Of a stretch of DNA of 64,000 bases, positions 53,476-64,000 are shown one piece after another; the stretch's first letter is position 1; each line of letters begins with the position of its first letter. Position numbers and translations under genes: made by a program. This DNA is from the human T2T-CHM13v2.0 reference genome, Homo sapiens, in assembly GCF_009914755.1 (NCBI RefSeq), contig NC_060930.1. One strand, written 5' to 3'. The notes beneath the pieces are model-generated. The model saw only the letters and a program-made list of their open reading frames with translations. It ran no database searches and was not told the DNA's origin.

Positions 53476-54635
53476 CTAAACCTACATATAATTAACTTGC
53501 TTAAAGTAAGTGATAAAGAGAAAATCTTAAAAGAAATCAGAGCAAAAAAAAGATATCACAACTGAGAAACAAAGATAAGGATGCTAGGAGACTTTGCACT
53601 GGCAAATCTGAGAGGATAGTAGAGCAGCATCATTAAAGAATTATGGGAAAAAGAAACGTGTGCACCAGGTGTTCTATGATTAGCAAAAATATATTTCAAA
53701 AATAATGTGAAAATACAGATTTTTCAGATTATCTAGTCACAAGAATGAAGAAAACCACAAATAACACTGTAGGTACATATAAAATAATTTTTCTTCTCAT
53801 CAGTATCTCTTCAAAAGATAATTGATGGTTTGAAAAGTTATACCATGCTTTTGGGGGATTTATAACATAGCCATAATTAAAATGCATGTCATCAATTGCA
53901 TAAAGGTAGAGAGGGAACACATGGAAATATAAGAGCATAAGAGTGTTATATGTGAAGTGGTAAAATATTGCTGGAAGTAGGCTCTAATAAGATAGAAAAA
54001 GGCTCAGCTAAAACATAATAACAATCAAAGGTTGGATATAATGTCGACTAAGAAAAGTAGGTGTAGGTATGTTAGGACCAGATAAAATAACATTGAATCA
54101 TTAGAGATAAAGAGGAGCACACCATAATGATATAGGCTTTTAAAACATGCTTATACTTAATACAAGAGTTTCCAATTATATGAAGCAAAAGTCCGCAAAA
54201 GTCCATTAAAATGCTATAGAAATAAACTGATAAATCCAACATCAAAATGAGAAATTTTAACACACCCCTTTAATTTTTAGTTGGTCAAAGTGAAGAAAAT
54301 AAAAGCCAGTATATAAAAGAGATGAAAATAAAATCAACAAAGATGACTTAATCAACACACGTAGAATTCTGCATACCACAATTGCAGAATACACATTGTT
54401 CTATTGAAGACACAGAAAGCATATAATAGGCCCTTAAAAAGCCATGCTCTTTCACAAGACAATTAAGTTAAAAGTTGGTAACAAAAACAATAAATTACTA
54501 GAAATTAAGAACATTTCAAGAATTTTCTAAGCTTGTAGCTTCGGTGCAAATAAAGCATATTTTGTTTGAAATTTTATAAACAGTGTTTCACCATTTTGGC
54601 AAATGACATCACAATGTCACATTAACTATGTTAAC

Positions 54636-54774
54636 AGTGCATGAATTAGGGTGAGGCAAGTGAGGCAACCAAGGTGCAAAATTCAAGGAATCAACCACCC
54701 GTGGAATCATGTAAATACCTGTTTACGTATTTTTGTCCCAGGAGCTTCCTAGGTTTACCCCAGTTCTGGCCCTG
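54636..54774 (+). mobile_element. MER91-like hAT-Tip100 MITE
   Basis: tagggtgaggcaagtgaggca..ggtgcaaaattcaagg...accccagttctggccctg. Confidence 0.6.
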
Positions 54775-55491
54775 GTATTTGAGTCATCTCAACAAGTCAC
54801 TTGTGTTGGTCTACACTTGTAGCTGTTGCATATAAATATGCTAAATAGGAGATTCGTGGCTCATTTTTAACAGATTTAGAACACCATTAAATTAACAGTG
54901 AAACAGCAAAGTCAGGGATGCTATTACATCTCACTAGTAAAGGTAACTTTAAAAATATTTCATATTTTTTAACCTACGTATTTTTGATTTATTCTGGAAT
55001 CCATTGATAAATTAATCTGCTGTGAAAAGAGCAGAGTGAAATTATTTATATAATTTGGAGTTGGCAATCTTTTTCAAACTAACTCAGATAAATGTCCTGC
55101 AGGATAATTTTACAATTTCTCTACAGATTCTTATTTTATAGTTGGGCTGTTTGTATATTTTATATTTGCTCTTAATCCATCCTTTCTTCCCCATCTTCAA
55201 TAGATATACTTCAAGATTTCAGCACCAAAGCCTAATATATGCTTTGACAAGTAGCAGGCTTTCCAGAGATGAGATATGCCTTCTGTCATGATATGTTACT
55301 GTCTCATTCCATGCAGTGACATAAGGAAATATTTTGACTTTATAAAGCTCAGCTCATTTGTGAGGGTATTATATTTCATTTTCCGCCCCTATGTCACTTT
55401 GTCATTTGTCTTGACTTATCACCCCTACTTCAATTAAGGTTATGTCCCACTTTCTTTTATCACAGAAGTAATACTAGTCTGTTTTACTTAT

Positions 55492-56026
55492 TGCATCAAT
55501 TCTTTTTATTGCTGCTGTAACAAATATTCACAAACTTGGCTTGAAAGAGCAAACATTTATGACCTGATAGTTCTACAGTTGAGAAGTCTGACACAGGTCT
55601 CACTGGGCTAAAATCAAGGTTTTGACAGGACAATGTTCCTTTCTAGAGGCTCTAGGGATGAATCTGTTTCCTGGTGTTTCCTCTAGAGGCTGCCAGCATG
55701 CCTTAATGCGTGGCCTCCTCCATCCACAAAGCCAGCAAAGGTAAGCGGTGCCCTTCTCTCATCTGCAGCACTCTCACCTGGCTTCTCTCTCCGCATTTCT
55801 TTCTCTGGCTCTGGGTCTCTCTTCCACTTTTAATGATCCTCGTGATTACATGGGGCCCACCCAGACAATCCAGAAAAATCTTTCTTTTTAAGGTCAGCCA
55901 ATTAACAATCTTAATTCTACCTGTGCAACCTTAAATTCTCTTTGGCAGGTAACATAATATATTCACATGTTCCAAGGATTCAGATGTGGATATTTTTTGG
56001 TAGGGGCATTATTCTGCCTGTAATAT
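55492..56026 (-). mobile_element. MLT1D-like solo LTR (MaLR)
   Basis: attgctgctgtaacaaat...gggctaaaatcaagg...ggggcattattctgcct. Confidence 0.82.
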
Positions 56027-56958
56027 ATTTTTTCGAACACCAGTTGTTGTTCTAGTGTTCATGCCCATGTTTGTTGTTTCATTTTCCTAGGCTTCTACAA
56101 AATGAGTTCACCTCACTTGTCACAAATTGTATCTTATTCATTTCCTGTAGGCACATGCATTTGAAACTTTTATACATCTTCTGGTGTATACAAGTCCTTA
56201 CATGATGAAATGTAAATTATTTTAAATTATTTTCCTATTATGGCTCTAAAATTGTATGGTTGGGGCATCCTCCCTCCCTCCTTTCCCCCCTTCCTTGCTT
56301 CCTCCTTTGAAATTATGTGTGTTGGTAGGTTGCATTAATCATCAGTTTTATTTCAGGGTCATAAAAGGAGTGTAACAAAATAAGTATAATAAAAAAGGAA
56401 TGTTGGATATGTTATGACTGAGAGGCACCTTAGCAGAAGCCAAAAGTTGACTCCTTGGACTATAAGAGAAGCCTCTTCAAGGAAAATTGTAGTGCTCTGT
56501 CCATAAAGAACTGTGCAAACACTACCTACCCCCACCTCGAAATACTTTGGATATTCAGGCAGAGCCAGAGCTACTGTCAGTGGAAATATTGACCTTAGTA
56601 TGTCATTTAATTACCTGAGCTCTATCAAGAACCTTGTAGACCTGTGAGCAGAATATGAAATAGAGCTTACCTCCTATAGTTTGATAAGAGCTCCACAGAG
56701 CCACAGTGGAAAATTAAGCAAATTCCTAGACAATTTCAATAAAAATGGTCTATTTTTAAAGTTATTCTAAATAAAAATTAAAAATTTGTGTTAACCTTAT
56801 TTTGGTTACTAAATGATAATGAACATACCTTTTCAAAATTAAAATAAAGTTTACATTCTTCTTGTGGGGACACTTTTAATTTCTGCTTAGATGATTTATA
56901 ATGGAATTCATCACCAAAAGATAATTTAATTATATGACGGTAGTTTACATATAAATTA

Positions 56959-57583
<625 letters not shown>

Positions 57584-58302
57584 TTAATTTTTTTTTTAAT
57601 TCTTTACATTTTCCAATGGAGTAATTATATCCCTGAGTTACAAGTCAAATGCGAGCCTCCATCAGATTTCTTGGCTCCCTTCCTAAAGACAATAGAGCAA
57701 CTCATTACTCTGCTTCAGAATCTTTCTCCCAACCTTTAGGCTTCTCTAGCTATGTAGTGATGGGAGGAAAGGTGGTGGTAGGGTGGGGTTGGGCACAAAT
57801 TCCTATTCCTTTCATGACTGTTTTACAGTTGCTTCCTTGTAGGGACATGCCACAGAAAGAAGACACTACAGGATCCAGAAATACTTAAATAAGATAATTT
57901 GTGGAAATCTTATCCCTTAAATATCTTCAGGGAGAAGTATCCTTAGCAACTTCTTCTTTCTATAGGCAAATCATGGCTGGGTAGGTGGTGGTCTTCTGCT
58001 TCCAAGAAACCGGCAATCAACAACTCAAGTTGCCTCACTTCTCATATACAAGTCCCAGCAAGAGCCTAGATGAATTCACTAATGCACTTCATCCTCCTGC
58101 CCTCTTCCTGGTTCAGGCAATAATAATCATAGATCGCCATTGTCAATTCTTTTTTGTTAGACATGATGCTTTTTAACATTATTTCATCTAATGCTCACAG
58201 AATCTCTATGTGGTTAGAAATACTATTACTTTACAAATGAAAGAACGCAAAATAATTGAGGGATGTAGATAACTCTCTCGAGATAATGCAGTAAACAAAG
58301 GG

Positions 58303-58665
58303 TGATATCATTTTGCTGTGTCCCCACCCAAATCTCATCTTGAATTGTAGCTCCCATAATTCCACGTGTTGTAGGAGGGACCTGGTAGGAGATAATTAGA
58401 TCCTGGGGGTGGTTTCCCCTATACTGTTCTTGTGGTAGTGAATAAGTCTTAGGAGACCTGATTGTTTTATAGGGGTTTTCCTCTTTTGCTTGGCTCTCAT
58501 TTTCTCTCTTGTCTGCTGCCATGTAAGATGTGCCTTTCACCTTTGGCCATGATTGTGAGGTCTTTCCAGCCATGTGGAACTGTGCATCCATTAAGCCTCT
58601 TTTTCTTTATAAATTACCCTGTCTCGGGTATGCCTTTATCAGCAATGTGAAAATGGACTAATATA
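58303..58665 (+). mobile_element. THE1B-like solo LTR (MaLR)
   Basis: tgatat...gctgtgtccccacccaaatctcatcttgaattgtagctcccataattcc...ggactaatata; TSD aaggg/aatgg. Confidence 0.92.
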
Positions 58666-58717
58666 AATGGCAGGGCCCATAAATGAACTCTATTCTGTTT
58701 AACACCAGTGTGTATCG

Positions 58718-59120
58718 TTCATTCATTCAACAAAACAATTCAGTTACTTAATATGTGCCAAGCAGTGAGTTAGGTATTGAAAAAGCAATGATTAAAAAGA
58801 CAGAAGGTACCTTTCTCCTGGGAGGTTAAATTTTACTGAAGGAAATAGAGGGAACCAAGGAAATAAAATTAAGTAGTTACAATATGTAATAATTTTGATG
58901 AAGAAATCACATAGGGATCCCCAGGAGGGCAGAAAGGTATTTCAAGCAGAAAGTTCAAGAAAGGTCTCTCTGAGTAATGACCATTTAAGCTAAGTCTTTA
59001 GGAAGACAAAGGGTGTGGCCTGGAAAGGCTGGTGGGGGCAGAAAGAGCATTCCAGAGATGCACACCAGCCAGTGCAGAGGATGACTCACACGCAGTTTGG
59101 TGAAGACTGAAGGGGTCATA
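58718..59120 (-). mobile_element. L2 fragment
   Basis: ttcattcattcaacaaa...tatgtgccaagcagtgagttaggtattga...ggtctctctgagtaatgaccatttaagctaag. Confidence 0.7.
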
Positions 59121-60932
59121 AAAGTAAAGCATTTTTTGGAGTGTAATTTGGCAATAGCCATCCACATTTTAAGTACATTTAAATTTTCTTTGGGTGCAGC
59201 AATTTCTTTTCTTGTGGGCTTTAAAATAAGTGTTGCATATGTGAACTAAGCCACACAATCAGGTAGACATTACACTTTCCTAAGGGACAGAGAGACATGG
59301 GATCTCAGGTTTTTCTTGCTGTTTTCTTTTTTTAATGTTTTCTTCCTCTTCTTATTTTAATCTTCTGGGCTATAAGTTATAATGCTCCTTTTAGACTTTT
59401 TTTTTCCTACCCTGCAGGCAGTCACCTGATAGAGAGGTTTCCTGGAATAGTAATAGGAAAATAATGCACAGCAAAGCTGACACACCACATGCCGAGCTGT
59501 ACTGAAGGCACAATCATAACTTTTAATAACGAAAGTTTCTTTTGGTAAAATAATATCTTTCCAGCTGTCCTAACAGATACTAATGTGAAATGCTCCCTTG
59601 GGACAGGACGGTGGAGAGAAGTCACCCCCGTTCCAGAGGGGCATGCCCTTGGCTCAGAACCTCAGAGCACTAACATAATGTAGTACTAAGATTGCAGTGA
59701 CACCAGTAAAACCTGCTCTGTAGGACTGCAACAGGCTACATTTTTTTTATTTGTGCTTTTGTTTTCCTGTAAATCACTTTTGAGTTTCTGTTTCTCAAGT
59801 CTGGAAGCAGCAGGTGTGTAATTTTGGCAGAACTTTTCCCAGCCATTATCTAGTGGTTTATTGTTTATTTAGAGTGTGGGGGTGAGTTATAATAAAGAGA
59901 TTGGCCCTGTGGGTTAAGACTGGGCACATTTCTATTTACAGTCCTACCAGGTCTTCACATTCTAGGCAAAATGAAAGGCTAAGCCAGTTATCCAGATAGT
60001 TCAGGCCAAAAGGTAAACACAAAGAGAGGATGATTTAGTGCTGTCCCACCTCCGGCTTACGCTTCTGAGGTAACAACCACAGGGTTCTGCTTTGGTTTGG
60101 CAATGGAAATCTGAGTTCTCCTAGCTGTGACTTGTGTTAGGAACGTAGACTCTGTCCAGCTCAGTAGGCTGTGACATAGAAAATACATGAAGTTAACTTG
60201 GGCATAGAGATAGACATGATCCAATTCCCGGTTCAAAACTTATCCCCTATTGCCTTGTTTCTTTTCCTTTTATATGCTCTTACATCTCTAGTGAAGTTTG
60301 CCATCAGTATATTTAGTTGTATTAAAAATTCTCCAGGTTCAGTTAATGCGGTCATTTTGGGTAGACTGTGACATACATTTGCATGGATTTGGTCTCCCTC
60401 CCTCCCTCCCTCCCTTCTTGCCCCGCTTCATTGCTCTCTTATTTCTTTTCTTCCTTTCTTACTCCCTTCCCTCATCACTTCCTTCCTTTCTTCCACATTT
60501 ATTTAATGTCTATAACCAGAACCCATGCTACATATTTGAGAAACAAAGTCAAACAAAGCATACATTTATTTTCTAATAAACTAACAGTGTAGTTGTTGGG
60601 GAAAAAGAAAAGTAAATGAAAAATTATAATATTTTGGTTAAAATATACATTGGAAGCTGCTGGAAAAGAATTCATGAACACAACTTAGTTGTTTTTAGTT
60701 TTACAGGAAGTGAACCTGATATACAATTATTGGTGGTCTAGAAATACAGATGAACTGGATAAAATAATTTTGAAAAAGAGGTTTAATCTTTCTCACTGAA
60801 AATCCATTACAGTATGGAACATATTTATTTCTTCTTTGAATTATATACATTTCCTAACACATAATAGATGCTTAATTAAAATGTTTGAAAGAAAGGAGAT
60901 GTAAATGTCACAATTTTAAAAAGTAATGATTT

Positions 60933-61258
60933 GGCTGGGCATAGTGGCTCGTGCCTGTAATCTCAGCACTTTGGGAGGCTGAGATGCAAGGATCGCTTGA
61001 GCCCAGGAATTTGGGACCAGCCTGGGCAACAAAGTGAGACCTCGTGTCTACAAAAATAAAAGAATAAAAATAAAAAGTACCCAGGCACAGTGGCCCATTC
61101 CTGTAGTCCCAGGTACTCAGGAAACTGAGGCAGGAGGATTGCTCTAGCCTCGGAATTGGAGGCTGTGGTAAGCTATGATCATGCCACTGCAATCCAGCCT
61201 GGGTGACAGAGCAAGGCCCAATCTTTAAAAAAAAAAAAAAAAAGAACAGAAAAAAAAA
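60933..61258 (+). mobile_element. AluJ element
   Basis: ggatcgcttgagcccagg and gctatgatcatgccactgc diagnostics, TSD aaaag(t/a)aatgatt. Confidence 0.93.
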
Positions 61259-61789
61259 GAAATGATTCTTTTTTGTAGAGAGTATTTAGAAAACATTTTA
61301 TGCCATGCTTTTCTGTATTAGTGAGGAAAAAACTGAATATAATTTACCTTTTCTTTGAGAACTCAATCATCAGTATGAACAATGATTACTTAAGTGAACT
61401 TTAGGTGTTCAGGCAGAGGAAGATGTAGGGTATAGGGCCAGTGGGTAGCAACACGAGCAAGTGCATCACATATTCTTTATTGAAATGATCTCATTTGCTG
61501 AATGCTTGCTTCTAGTTTATTTTTATTGGATAGTTTCCTTTCTCACATATGTGGAAGAAAACCAATGTATTGCTTGGCCCCTAGGGAAGTGTAATGTGGC
61601 TATTCTTTCCCAATGTAAATCATGGAATAAAAATCCACAGCCTTCTCTCAAATTATTTTCTTACCCTCCAGAAAAATTCCTTTCTCTCCTTGTCATTTGA
61701 TTTCTCAATAACATTCAGATCATTATCTCTTTTTCCAACCTGTCACTATTAACATATCAACTTCAATATATTTTCTATATATTTACACT

Positions 61790-61920
61790 ATCATTTATTG
61801 AACAAATATTTATTGAACACCTGCTATGTATCAGACATTGTTCTAAGAGTTGAAGGTGCATCATTAAGCAAAAGTCAGAATCCCTAACTTCACAGAGTTT
61901 ACAATACAGTACATGTAACT
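61790..61920 (-). mobile_element. L2 3' end fragment
   Basis: tcatttattgaacaaatatttattgaacacctgctatgtatcagacattgttctaag. Confidence 0.75.
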
Positions 61921-61922
61921 GA

Positions 61923-62347
<425 letters not shown>

Positions 62348-62439
62348 CCAGGGCTTTTTCAAAGTGTATTTCATAATAACAAGAATGCCTATTCATTAAA
62401 GGTTTTATAAGATTTTACAGTTGACAATGCTCTTTTAGA

Positions 62440-62600
62440 GAATACATTCTCATTGGAATTTCACAGTAACTTTTAAGATACATAGGATAGGCGTTATTAT
62501 TGTTTTTTTGTACTGTGCAGATGCAGAACTTGGGTTTAGACAGAGTAAATTACTTCTCAAGATCCCAGAGGTGTAAGTAGCAAATACTTGAGTTTAGAAT
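62440..62600 (-). mobile_element. MIR SINE
   Basis: gcagatgcagaacttgggtttagacagagtaaattacttctcaagatcccagaggtgtaagtag. Confidence 0.55.
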
Positions 62601-64000
62601 ATTTAAAAATTCCAAAACTGCCTTAGTACTTTTAAATTTGGAAAATATTTTTATATTTATTATTTTATTTGTTCTTCAAAATGATCTGTGTGGTAATTAC
62701 TGATTCCTCTCTAATCTTCGTGCCCGATGATGTGGAATTGTTGCATTATCTGCCCAGATTTATCTAGCTGGTAATGGTAGAACTGAAAATCCAACTATGT
62801 TCATTGAAAAAATCAACTGTGGAAGCTGAACACAAATATTTTCTTTAATCTTTCTATATTCTTATAGGCAAATGGAATTTTAAAAATTTATTATAAATAT
62901 AATAGAGATTTTTAAATGCTTTATAAATTAATTTCCCATGAAGTTAATTTTTCTCATAACATTATATATTCTAAATAACACCCAGGTATACAGTTTGAAC
63001 AATGAAGTGACAGTGGCAGGCAGTAAAATCATAAAACAATTACCTGACACATTCTGCTTTTCAGAGTATTTTCTACAATTTTCTTAAGTCAACCTGTCAT
63101 TCAGACAAGGTTTAAAAAAGTACATTTCAGCTTCCAAAATAAGGTTAAAACAACTAGAAAAACAAAACAAAACAGAGCTCTAGCACCCCTCCTTGTATGT
63201 ATAATACATATCTTGTAAATACAGAGCTGGAAATGTACATTATTTTTGACAGATAGAGCTTTCAATAGTGAGGGTTTTATTACATAAAAGACAGCAGGAA
63301 TGGTATATGCAAAAGCCGTTAAGGTCTCCCTTTTCTTCTTAAACTCAGCAGTTTGTGATTATTACTATTTGGCAAGCAGGAGTAAATTGGACCACAATTT
63401 CAACAGCCTCATAGAAGTATTCCAGGAGACAGTGTTGATAAATGAGTCCTAGAATGCCATATAATTTTCCTGCAGTTTCATTGTTTGATGACTTACTTTT
63501 CATGGATACACTCTGCCCTCAGGTTTCATGTCCTGCTGCCAAATGTGAAAGCTGTTTGTCAGAAATCAATGGGTTCAAGTGGCCCATCAAAAGCTTCTGC
63601 CTTTTTGTTGATAGGAAACACTTTGTATAGGAATCTGCTTTCTGGAGAACTCATTGCTATCCCTTTTGTATATACCTGAACCTTGTCCTGGCTATTATTA
63701 TGGTTTCCTTTGCCAGGGGATTCCCCAGTGAAGGGTGCTCTGCCTAGTACTGCTTGGGTTACTCTCAAGATGACAACCCCTCCAATACAGCAATGACTGC
63801 AAAGCTCCTAAGGACAATAGGATTCAGAGTGTCTTCTTCCACCAAAAGCTGAGCTAAATATAGCCTAAATATAGCTTTTTGTATTTTGTTCTAGGGGGTC
63901 ATTGATGTATTTACAATAAGGGATAGATAGGAAATTTTCATATATTGTGAATCTATTATGTAGCAGGCACTGAGGTGCTTTCCACATGCTATCTTCTTAA

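Overview
Primate (almost certainly human) genomic DNA, with Alu, L1, MIR, L2, MaLR LTRs and DNA-transposon fossils. The one protein-coding feature is exon 1 of PTPRK (receptor-type tyrosine phosphatase kappa) on the minus strand. Its CDS is 9497->9398 (100 nt, MDTTAAAALPAFVALLLLSPWPLLGSAQGQFSA+G, mostly the signal peptide) and ends at a CAG|GTGAGT donor. It lies in a ~2.1 kb CpG island (~8140-10230) with a TATA-less GC-box/CRE promoter. Positions 1-9397 are the start of PTPRK intron 1, and ~10.3-64 kb is repeat-rich upstream DNA with no recognisable gene. The supplied ORF track misses the real exon; its ORFs are GC-rich, Alu, L1 or low-complexity artefacts. I see no prokaryotic-type system (CRISPR, operon, tRNA/rRNA) and no convincing new biological system. 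The best leads are regulatory or structural: a strong-Kozak 19-aa uORF in the PTPRK leader; a divergent-transcript signature (5' splice site plus three AATAAA); an RBPJ/TEAD/AP-1/SMAD motif cluster in intron 1; a CTCF plus SOX/POU element near 43.7 kb; an inverted Alu pair only ~18 bp apart; a cruciform-prone 60-bp inverted repeat; and a patch of locally copied short sequences at 41.8-41.9 kb. Repeat subfamily names come from remembered consensus sequences, and boundaries of old repeats are approximate.
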